Below are positions 53,155 through 64,000 of a stretch of DNA of 64,000 bases, one piece after another; the first letter of the stretch is position 1, and each line of letters starts with the position of its first letter. Made by a program: the position numbers and the translations under genes. Location of the stretch: positions 173,972,001 to 174,036,000 of the forward strand of contig NC_042999.1 in NCBI RefSeq assembly GCF_006345805.1, in the 5' to 3' direction. The notes below the pieces were generated by a model, which was given only the letters and a program-made list of their open reading frames with translations, did no database searches and had not been told where the DNA came from. Origin of the DNA: Octopus sinensis (taxonomy: Eukaryota).

Positions 53155-55499
53155 ATTGACATGAGTTAGAATAAGAACAGCTATAAACGCTGGAAGAACA
53201 AATATATAGTGCGTGGGATTATTTGGCCAAAAACATGACTATCATTAATATATGTATATCCTTCAAGTTCATTTATGGGTAACGGATTGAATATGCATAT
53301 AAAGCTCCTATCCTATAACGCCGGCTACAGTCTAATGATGCTAAATGACGGTACCAGTTTTGTGGGGGATTGTACCGAGCTGTGCCGACATAACGTACGA
53401 TAAGTGCAGTAATACCAATAATAATCCTTGGATGGAATTAATTTATAAATATTCTAATGCATTGCTACGAAAAAAAATCATTTGAAGCAGAAAACCCCAA
53501 CAGAACATTTTGAAACAGATAAACGCTAACCGTTTTATAATAGAATAAGGGAAGAACACAAACAACAAAACAAAATAACTACTATTTTCATATGCAATAT
53601 GCTATACTATAATACTACCATTTTATGAAAGTATCATTTGTCAACCCAGACAATGATCACCGACAACTATAATACCGAGATTTGCAACAAAAGTATATTT
53701 TAAATACCATTTCATGCATGATTAAATTTACCATAATTTCTTTGGTCAAACCTAACTTTCCTTATGTTCGATGTTCATTATTTTCTTTGCTATAATAAAA
53801 TTCTGAGCTTCAAAGAGTTTAGAGAGTCAGAGATGGTCTAAGTCGCTATTTACTGCTTGTAAGTTATAAAATAGGAAAATACATAAATGTTCATTCAGTG
53901 TAACATATTCTGACACCTGTGAATAAGTCATTTTAAATTCTGGAATCCAGGGATAAGCAAAATGTCTTGAAACTACAATACCTACCTATTTGTCATTTAA
54001 AACTGATAATCCTTTCTACAATAGTGACTGTACTTTGTATTCATTGTGGGTGGGGGCTACAATGAATAAGATCAAACAAAAGACCCATACTACCCATCCT
54101 CACATCTGCATACTCAAATAGCAAAATGCAGCTCTATCATATCACTCCTACTTACATATCTCACACTTATTCACTGCTTACCTTCTCATCTCTTCATAAA
54201 ATTTTAGTTGATTCAAAAATTAATTCTAAGCGCAGATCCAAAAAGGATTTATATATAAATACTTGTGTAGTTAAATAATTAATTAATTAATTAATTAAGG
54301 ACTCAGCGGATGCTTTCCTGGAAATCTACAGACCCCTTTCTGTTTAAATATAAAGAAAATAGGGCTGCATGAGGTGTTGGTTTAATTAGTCTTCCATCCA
54401 AATATTCCTAGGAAGTCACTCTAAAAAGTGACGTAAGAAATCATCGGCTTTGTACAAATAAATATCATCTACAATAAGTGCTGCGCATGCTTTCCCCGGT
54501 ACGCGAGAGAACGAGTAGCTACCATTTATAGAAAGCGTCTGGCAAAGTGAATAGTCACCAAAAGGCCTAGTTATCCCACAATGTATCTTGTGAGGAATAT
54601 TACATATTTCCTTTACAGAAGTGATAGCACTGGCTCCCTATCAAATCGTTGTGCACTCTCAGTGGTTATATATCTTCTTTAGATAAGCTAATATGATATT
54701 GTCTGTTTTCATCTATCTCGAATTACAATATAGTTCCTAAAATGTATTTAAACGCTCCACCTCATAGTGTTCCAGTAGAGTACTAGAAACTTTCTAAAAC
54801 AGTTACTGTGTACTATTGAAATTTCAAGTGGATGTTTCGTTCTTTTGTCTTTCCATAATCTATTTCTATAGCAACCAGTCATGGTATCAATAACTACTTC
54901 AAAATGTGCCCTAAACTGCAGCGGGGACTGACAAAGTGAGCAGTTGCCGAAACATCAAGCAAAACAATTTCTGTTAAATATTCCACATACTATTTCTGCG
55001 GTATATTTGAGTTCCATTCCTCTGTCTGCTAAATACCCACAGAAATAAGGTCCCAGCACCTACTAGCTGATGAGACAGTATGCACTATTAATGATTAGAT
55101 AAATATGCTCGATACAGATTGTATTGCTTAGTTTCATAAGCGTCAATCAGCTATGTCTACTTGTATATATGTCTATATTGCATTTTTATAAATAAATGTG
55201 TATGTGTAATTATATGTGTGTACATGTATGTATGTATGTCTGTATGTATGTATGTAGTATGTATGTATGTATGTATGTATGTATGTATGTGTGTATGTAT
55301 GAGTGTGTGTGTGTATGTATGTTAGTATGTATGTATGTAACTGAGAAAATATGCTACATCTTGTGGCCGAATAAAATATAAGAAAAGGTTGTATCGCAAA
55401 ACTGTTTTCAATAATGTGACTTTCAGCTTTGCTAGTAAATTCAATCAATCAGAAATAGTCGATATAATATACCAAAGATGGACATAAACTAGAAAGCGA

Positions 55500-55640
55500 T
55501 AACCAAGACGACCAAAGAACACCTCCTGGCGTAGAACTGTTGAAGATATGAGAGAAAAGATATGGCGCAAGAAACAGAAAGCTGCTAAACATCAAATGGC
55601 TGAACCCCAATTGCAGAGAAGAGGATTAAATGTATTGTGG
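55500..55640 (+). mobile_element. RTE-type LINE 3' end fragment
   Basis: RRPKNT and WRRTVE remnant. Confidence 0.5.
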
Positions 55641-56947
55641 TTGTAACCTATAGTACGTTTACTCGCTAAGAGAAAAATGATGAAGTTACTGGTATTGTGT
55701 TTGATGTTTTTCGCTAATTCGTGTTTAAAATATAAAGTTTATATGTGTAATAGAGTAAATGTGTAGAGAGATAAATTGATATAATTTCTTCTGTAAACTT
55801 GAATAAAATTACTTTAGGAGATTTCAAATACATTACCAAACCTGTAACACATATCAGTAAGTTACAGTGTCTTCATGCAAAATATTTATTCACATTAGGA
55901 AAGTAGACTCTCATTGTACTTATCTATTTTAACAAGTTCTAAAAATCTGTGATATTTGGCACGCTATCAAAATTTTCACAACCACATTTCGTATTATTAC
56001 TTACACAACGAGATGTAAGTGGTAAATTAGATTCTTTAGAAACTATTTCACTTCAAAGGAAATATTCTCCTTTTTTTCCAGATTAGCTGTTCTGTTTAAC
56101 GACGAGACAAAAAATATTTTAAACATGTTTCGACTATGACTTTTATCGAACTTTTAATGTTATTAAAACAAAGATTATATAAGATCTTTCATTTCAGCTA
56201 AATTAGTATTTTATTTAATAATATCGAAAACAAGTTTATTCGCCGTTATTATGTTAGAATATAAATAAATGGACTTGCCTAAGTAGGTTTAAGAGCAGCT
56301 GGTGACTGATGAGCAAAACACGTTTTGAATGAAGAAATGACATGACAGAGGAGAAAATGTTTTGGATATACAATGTCACAATCCAGAGATACATATGCTG
56401 TGGTGAGATCATTTTTTATAGGAATGCTAGTGTATGCGTAAATAAATGTGGAGTTAGAATTAAAGAAAGTGTAATAGTAAGTTGAGGTTTTAAATACGAC
56501 CTCTAATTAAGAAAGTGTTTGCTTGGTAATTATGGGACCCAATTCACAAAAATCTGTTATATTCAGATAATTGAACGCCAATAATGTGGAATTGTCTTAT
56601 TGATTGCCATTGAATATGTCCCTTTGATGTAAGTAGGAGGTTTCAAATTCTATCAAATTGCATATAACAAGATACCTATTCTAGTGATGAACCTCGCAGC
56701 AACCTATAAGGTTTCTCTTGTATTACGAAAGCAATCGTATAGTGGTAACATTCGAGTAAGGGTACAAAAACATATGTATTTGGGACTATTCATTCAATAA
56801 GATAAACATGACTATACATGAGTATTCAGACATATTCAGACAGAATGTTCACGTTTATGAAGAAGCGTTGATTTAGTATAGTTATAGACATATACGTGGC
56901 AGCCATCAACGAGATCTGGGTTTCCAGGGCCCATGCACTTACGCCAT

Positions 56948-56949
56948 TA

Positions 56950-57013
<64 letters not shown>

Positions 57014-57040
57014 CATTATTATTATTATTATCATTATTAT
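56948..57040. repeat. (ATT)n microsatellite
   Basis: Direct reading. Confidence 0.95.
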
Positions 57041-58975
57041 AAGTTTTTCTTCTTTTAGTTTTGTTCCCATTTCTTGCTGAACTTCAATTGCTTAGGGAGA
57101 GCGATGTTGTCCTTGATAACAAGAGTAAACAAGAGAAAAAAAAGATTCGTCACAATTTTTTAAAAACTTTTATTTACCCATTTTGCATTTTCACATCTAA
57201 AATTGCTACTGCCCATTATAATATTATTGTCACACGACAATGCACTATAATAGCTAGAAGAACACAAAACAAAACTCACAGCTAAATGTACAAGAGGCAA
57301 AGAATATGAAAACTCTTGTGAACAATAAATAAAAAGATATGCCACAAATACTTAAATAAATCATTTGGAAGGCAGTAATACCAATAACAATAGCATTAAA
57401 AACTTTACACCTTCCTAAACACTGCGGTCTGTTGTGACAAAAAACCTCCCTTCAGTACAAAATGGATAGAATTTTTATCTTAACACAGTTACAGCGAAAA
57501 TGAAATTTGAAGAAAAACATTTTTTCCACATGATACAATCCAGTAGAAGGTAAAGAGAAAGTTACATGTCTCTGCTTACGAAAGGGCGGAAGCGGATTAA
57601 ATTTACTCCCAAGACAGGTATCACAAGCCCTCCTGGGTAAATTATCTCAATTTAATAACAGCAGAAGGTATGGTACAATCCACTGTAAGTTCACAATTAA
57701 AGGCGCAGCTAAAACGCTGGTTGAAATTGATGTGCATATCTTTTGATTTTACGTATGCACCCCAATGCGTGGATCAATGAACTAAAAGAGTCACAATAAG
57801 AGACACTGGACATGATATCGAATAATGGCTAATAGTGACTTTTGTATCGCAGTAAGAGAGTGTCGTCCAAGCCGGCTCGTAGGGCCCCTAACTATTGTCG
57901 CCAGGGGTCCTCACAAGGGACTTTTAAATCTTAATGACCACACACACACACACCGAAAGCCACAGAACCATGAAAGTGACAAGGCAAAAGAAGTGAGTTT
58001 CATAATACCGAGTGGAAATCCTAGCTGTTATGTTTGCTGAAGTAAAAATAACATAGCAGAGCTGAATACTCAAAGGAACTTGGAAGGTGTTAGGCAACAA
58101 ACGAGGAAAATGAAACTAATGAAAATCAATAGCAACTAAAATATGAAGGATGAACTCCAATTTCCAAAGCACCATCTACCATATATCTGGAGATAGAGAA
58201 GGAAATGTCGTTAAACCCAGTTTTACATAAAGATGAGCATTACATCGTCCCCTAACAGTACCAAGACGTCGTAACATATCTTTCTGATGCATACATGTCG
58301 AAATAATTACCGATGAAATTCTCACACGCTCTGTAAAAATGGAAAATGAAATAAAATAAAAGAAGAAAAAAATTTAAAACAACGAAAACTGGTGATGAGG
58401 AACAATTACTCCTTACCAAAACGACATTGCTTTTCTGTAAAATAACATAGAAAATGGAGGAACCTAACAAACGTTGCTAGACAAAATTATGCATCTGTAG
58501 TGTTATGGACTCTCCAAAATGCTTTCTTCGTCATTTTACTTACCTTGGATATATATATATATAAAATTTTAACTTAAGGTATCTATGAGATACCGCCATG
58601 CTGAAAATAGCAGCCAGAATCTGACTCTAAAACCACCTTAAGTGTTCATATAGCACAAGACTATAACTATTATCGTCAGTTCTACCTATTCTATATTTTT
58701 CATACTATCCTAGATTTTATTAGTTACCTACTTAGTTTGTTGTTTTAGATCCTATACAACGTAAATGGAATTTTCTGCATATGAACTGCTTGTACTTGGA
58801 TGATCTCAATTAAATTAGTCTTTTAACTTAATATAGCACATATCTGAAATCCTACGGCTTTTCCCTTAAGTGTATTGAACGCACCATTGAGTTATTTCCC
58901 TCTCAGTCATTTCTACACGAAAACACACACACACAGACACATACAGGCATATGTATATACATGCATAAACAAAAT

Positions 58976-59066
<91 letters not shown>
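58976..59066. repeat. (GATA)n microsatellite
   Basis: Direct reading. Confidence 0.95.
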
Positions 59067-59333
59067 CCTTGTACATGATGATGATGATGATGATGATAAC
59101 GTCATGCGTAATTATCTTGTGTTTAAAGGGTGAGTAAAAGTGATCAGTTAATGTAAGTACTTTTTTAAAAAAATACCGCGGCATATATGGGATGAGTATA
59201 CTTATAAATATGACGTAATAGAAAATAGCCTGCAGATGAATGCACCACCCGTCATTTATTGGATAACTGGAAAAAGGATATATATATATATATTTGCATT
59301 GGAAACCACTTCACATCGACAACCGGTGATTGT

Positions 59334-59378
59334 CACACGCTGATGACGGGTCAATACCCAGAAACTCGGGTCCGTATG
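59334..59378 (+). ncRNA. Minimal type I hammerhead ribozyme
   Basis: CACACG-CTGATGA-c-GGGT(caat)ACCC-a-GAA-ACTCGGGT-C-CGTATG: near-palindromic stem III, GUC triplet (cut after 59372), stem I 5 of 6 paired. Confidence 0.7.
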
Positions 59379-59560
59379 TATCACGTCAGGTTGGAGATGG
59401 GAAGGATGACTTCCCTTTGCAAATACTGATAGTGCCAGAAAGTGTGACAATAGCCAGCTGGAGGATATGCCTTTCTGGGGCTACAAGCTACAGTGGCATC
59501 CACGCTTAAGTTTTAGCCACATTTAAGTGGAAAATATACTTCAATATATATATATATATA

Positions 59561-59919
59561 CTAGCAGTATAGCCCGGCGTTGCTCGGGTTTGTTTCGACC
59601 CGCTGGAATTGTAATTTTGAAAAGTAAAAATTTTGTGAACATTTTTCTGGTCGAAATATACCGAAAAGTGGCGACACAGCAGTGAAAAATCGTAAAAAAT
59701 AGGGATTTTCATAGAAAAAAGCAGCTTTTTGATGTAATAATTTTTGGTGTTAACATGGTCCGATTTGAATTTTATGTTCTACTACGGAAGGAAGAGCAAC
59801 CCTTCTTCTATCATACTCTCAATTTTGGTCAACTTGCGCCGCAGGGTCTCGGAGGAGATAGTGTTAGTTGAAGGTTACCAAACGTGACGCACACAGACAA
59901 CTTCAGCTTTATATAGAGA
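59561..59919 (-). mobile_element. Non-autonomous Helitron
   Basis: Minus strand 5' A|TCTCTATATAAAGCTG; 3' hairpin CCCGAGCAACGCCGGG then CTAG|T; inserted between A and T with no TSD. Confidence 0.88.
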
Positions 59920-60929
59920 TAACACACTCACATTAATACACATACATAGACACACACACACATGTATGTATGGATGTATATATGTACATCTGTCCACTTC
60001 TTGCAATATTTTTATCCTTCACTTCCTACACACACACACACACACAGACACACGCACACACACACACGCACACACACACCTTCTTAGCTTAAAATTTCTT
60101 TCTGTCAACAATTGACAACAGAAGTACGCTCGCCAATTAATACTACCAAAATTTAACGACAGAAAGTAAATTAAAACCCATTTACCTTTTCTGTATTGTT
60201 ATGGCAATCCGACCGTCGGTGTTTGTTTTTGCAAATGTTGTTCGAATGAGAGTGAGTTGTGTTTGGCGCCTTTTTTACTAATAACAAACACACACGTGTG
60301 TGTGTGTTTGAGTGTTTGTATGTAGTTGTTGTTTGAAACGTTTGTGTTTGTCACTGTCATATATGTATTGTATGCGTGTGTGTGAGGAATGGCAAACCAG
60401 ATAGATAGCGCGCGAAGTTGTTTTGAAGTTCGCGCTCCGCTTGTGTGTGTGTGTGTTGCGTGCTTTAGGTACACAGCACAACATTACTCTCTCTGTCTCT
60501 TTACACACACTAACAAAAGCACTTCACTTACACCCACACTTTCTGTGTCGCACATCCCATCAAACACACACACACACACTCACGCACGCACACATGTACA
60601 TCAATGCTTTCGGAGTGAAATGTTAAAATATTGAGTTTTCTCGAATTTTGTCTTAATTGGGGGTGAAATTGAAAGAAATTTTGTATGGCATGACCGAATG
60701 GAAGTACTTGTAAAAATCATAGGTAAACTGTAATTGAAGAAATTGTGTGAGGAGTAAATCGTTATGTATTTATTTGTTTCTGTTTGCTGGGGTTTTTTTT
60801 GAGTAGTGGTTTAAGGTACACTTCTCTCGTTTTATAGAAATAGTTTCACTTTAATCGTTGCACACTTGCAAAGAGAAAGGAGTAGAAATTAGGGTGATAT
60901 CGTGAGTGAAGCAGATCGCTCCGTTTTTG

Positions 60930-61167
60930 TGTGTGTGTGTGTGCGTGTGCTGTAGCCCACACTAAGAAAAGCACTTGACTTACACACCACAATGTGAGTT
61001 TTCTCTAAATTTTGCTTAATTGGGGTTGAAATTTTAAAAACTAGACCTGGCACGACCCGATTTATTCTACTCTTAAAAATGCTAGGAAAATTGTAATTGA
61101 AGAAATCCTATATTGTAGATTTCTATAAGAGACAAAGGGAGGCAGATAAAATCTGCCTTTTATAATA

Positions 61168-61217
<50 letters not shown>

Positions 61218-61510
61218 GTGTGTATATATATATTTATATATGTATATACATATGTATATATATATATATCTTATTATAAAAGGCAGATTTTATCTGCCTC
61301 CCTTTGTCACTTATAGAAATCTACAATATAGGATTTCTTCAATTACAATTTACCTAGCATTTTTAAGAGTAGAATGCATCGGATCATGCCAGGTCCAGTT
61401 TTTAAAATTTCAACTCCAATTAAGCAAAATTTACAGAAAACTCACATTGTGGTGTATGAGTCAAATGCTATTCTTAGTGTGGGCTACAGAACACGCTCAC
61501 GCACACACAC
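60930..61510. mobile_element. Two Helitron-like 5' ends head-to-head around (TA)n
   Basis: TCTTATTATAAAAGGCAGATTTTATCTGCCTCC starts at 61170 on minus and 61269 on plus; about 240-bp arms that are similar but not identical. Confidence 0.7.
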
Positions 61511-61740
61511 AGTGTGCAACGAATAAAATGAAAGTAATTCACTTTTTGTAATGACTGACTGTTTCACTCTGCATTTCCACTTCCTCTTACACACATAGAC
61601 ATGCAAATATATAAATAAAATTGTAAGCTAACGTGTGTGTGTGTGTTGTGTGTGTGAGAGTGTGTGTGCATGTGTGAGTGTGTGTGTTGTGTGTGTGAGT
61701 GTGCGTATGTGTGTGTGTGCGTGTGCGTGAGTGTTTGAAA

Positions 61741-62630
61741 GGAAAGTTTTTTAGGACGAATATAAGACCTAACGTATATCCAAGTAGCAGAAAGATCGCC
61801 CAAAAGTGTATATAGATATTTAAATGTATTTGTGTGTGTGTGTGCGTGTGTGTGAGTGTGTGTGTGTGTGAGGGTGGGTGTGTGTGTGTGCGTGAGTGTG
61901 TGACAGGAAAGTTTTTTAGGACGAATATAAGATCTAAAGTTATCTCTAAGTAGCACAAAGATCGCCCAAAAGTGTATATAGATATTTAAATGTATTTGTG
62001 TGTGTGTGTGTGTGCGTGTGTGTGAGTGTGCGTGGTGTGTGTGTGAGGGTGCGTGTGTGTGTGTGTGCGTGTGCGTTAGTGTGTGACAGGAAAGTTTTTT
62101 AGGACGAATATAAGACCTAACGTATATCCAAGTAGCAGAAAGATCGCCCAAAAGTGTATATAGATATTTAAATGTATTTGTGTGTGTGTGTGTGCGTGTG
62201 TGTGAGTGTGTGTGTGCGTGTGTGTGTGTGTGAGGGTTCGCGTGTGTGTGTGTGTGTGTGCGTGAGTGTGTGACAGGAAAGTTTTTTAGGACGAATATAA
62301 GATCTAAAGTTATCTCTAAGTAGCACAAAGATCGCCCAAAAGTGTATATAGATATATAAATGTATTTATATATTCATCTATGCACACATGTATGTATAAC
62401 GTGTGTGTATATATTTCCATAGAGGTAACCATTCACTCCATACAAAGTTTTTTAGGACGAAAATAAGATCTAAAGTTATCTCTAAGAAACAGAAAGATCG
62501 CCCAAAAGTGTATATAGATATTTAAATGTATTTATATATTCATCTATACACACATGTATGTATAATGTGCGTGTATATATTTCCATAGAGGTAACCATTC
62601 AATCCATACAAAGTTTTTTAGGACGAAAAT
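61741..62630. repeat. Minisatellite of about 165-187-bp units with alternating variants
   Basis: aaagttttttaggacgaa recurs near 61741, 61906, 62089, 62276, 62444 and 62610. Confidence 0.92.
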
Positions 62631-62631
62631 A

Positions 62632-63474
62632 TTTATATATAAAAGAAAGGTTGTGTGTCTGTCTACTCCGATTTAGATTCCTAACTACTCCCACATTTTG
62701 CGATGCAGTTTAACCAAAACCGGGTATCTTATAGTCGTGATTCATATCGAGCCCTTCTGGGTATTATCGCGCGTCTACGATGAGTCTATGATTTTACAAA
62801 TAATTTACCATCATTTTTTTCCATTTTAATGCATATTTTTTTAATAAAGGGAAGTAACTCTCAAACTTCACACCAATATGCGTGCTCATATGCGACGTAA
62901 TATCACATCAGCAGCATTTTCTCACACCCTCATTGCACTTGGCGAAGGCAAAATACCAGGGGATGAAAATGGTATTATTGCCATCGATTCCATTTGTACC
63001 ATTGTTAAGACGCCTTCTGATCTCAGAGATGCAGTGTTCCAAGATCTACAAGCTAATTATCAGAATATGGATTGAATTGGCCAAAAGGCTATACTGGCCC
63101 CAGGGAATAAAACTGTTCACCATATTAATGATGAAATGCTAAAACTCATTCCTGGGGAAGTCTATGTATATCAGTCTATCGATACAACTCCTGACCCAGA
63201 GGACGTCATCAACTATCCAATTGAGGTACTCAATTCCTTTGAGCACCCCGGACTACCACCACACATTCTCAAACTCAAAGTTCGTGCCCCTATAATGCTC
63301 ATCAGAAATTTGGTTCCCCAAAACAATGCAATGGCACACGTTTGATCGTTAAGTCCTTATCTCCCAGCGTAAACTTATATCAATATTTGCCTGAATAATC
63401 ATTATAATTCAGTGCAATCATTAACAGTACTTTCAAGTAATTCAGCCCCGAGCAACGCCGGGCAATTCTGCTAG
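62632..63474 (+). mobile_element. Internally deleted Helitron carrying a PIF1 helicase fragment
   Basis: 5' TTTATATATAAAAG (TC decayed); 3' CCCGAGCAACGCCGGG-N8-CTAG|T. Confidence 0.9.
62878..63365 (+). pseudogene. Helitron RepHel PIF1-family helicase fragment
   Basis: MRAHM, FSHTLIALGEGK, AILAP, INDEML, YQSID, YPIEVLNSFEHPGLPPHILKLKV, PIMLIRNL; a frameshift restores CNGTRLIV; one in-frame stop at 63073. Confidence 0.92.
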
Positions 63475-63526
63475 TATATATATATTTATATGTATGTGTG
63501 TGTGGGGGGGTTATGTACAGATATCG

Positions 63527-63582
63527 TTCCCAGCATGGCCGCGGCCTTCGGGCTAAAACATTTTAAAGGATTTTAAGGATTT
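63527..63582 (+). mobile_element. Isolated LINE/SINE 3' tail
   Basis: cccagcatggccgcggccttcgggctaaaac followed by a TTTAAGGA-like repeat. Confidence 0.55.
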
Positions 63583-64000
63583 ATATAAATGCGCGTAAGT
63601 ATCTATAAATCAATGTCTATATGGATGTATGTATAACGAGTCAACCGTAAGACTAAAACACTGGACTAAGAAAATACTTAACACTGACACAGAAAAAGTC
63701 AAATACACAAGCAAAAGAAACCGTAATAGGAATGAGGCAAAACTTTCCTCTTTCAGAAAAAAAAAAACAATAAATCAATAGTCCATAAATAAATGAGAGA
63801 AACATAAAGGGAAATAGAATGATGGAAAAATATAGGCAAAAATGTCAACAGTCAGAACGAAAGAAATTTAATCAGAATGATGATGAGAATGATAACGTCA
63901 TGTGTAATTATCTGTAATGTTCTGAGAATTATTTCATTCTGTCGTAAGGATTTTCAGAATATTATTTTCTTTATTGTTATTCGTATTTCAGAAGACATTT

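Noticed and set aside
61741-62630. CRISPR-like array (constant repeat with variable spacers)
   Set aside because: Repeats are about 85 bp, spacers are related (GT)-rich microsatellites, the context is eukaryotic and no cas genes are present.
59560-63475. A single 3.9-kb cut-and-paste transposon with 29-bp TIRs
   Set aside because: The apparent TIRs are Helitron 3' hairpin-CTAG ends of oppositely oriented elements, each with a 5' end nearby, and the coding remnant is a PIF1 helicase, not a DDE transposase.

Overview
AT-rich eukaryotic DNA that is almost entirely microsatellites and decayed transposable elements. The SINE, LINE and Penelope-like families look like ones I associate with octopus genomes; this is recognition from memory, not a database search. 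I found no intact, identifiable host protein-coding gene, rRNA, true tRNA or CRISPR array, and most ORFs in the supplied track are translations of (TA)n, (CA)n or (TACA)n repeats. Supported content: Tc1 and mariner relics, two hAT MITEs with 8-bp target-site duplications, a hairpin MITE, and R4-, Tx1-, CR1- and RTE-type LINE fragments. There are also many tRNA-derived SINEs, a Penelope-like element (RT, Cys linker, GIY-YIG) with a second collinear RT fragment, three well-formed minimal hammerhead ribozymes, and a Helitron cluster with a PIF1 fragment. The most interesting signals are the hammerhead-bearing Penelope-type termini, repeated fold-back and templated inversions at (TA)n tracts, a covarying 3' hairpin shared by the CR1 LINE and the SINEs, a quasi-symmetric Helitron block, and a stop-poor hydrophobic reading frame at about 0.9-1.9 kb. 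None of this demonstrates a new biological system.
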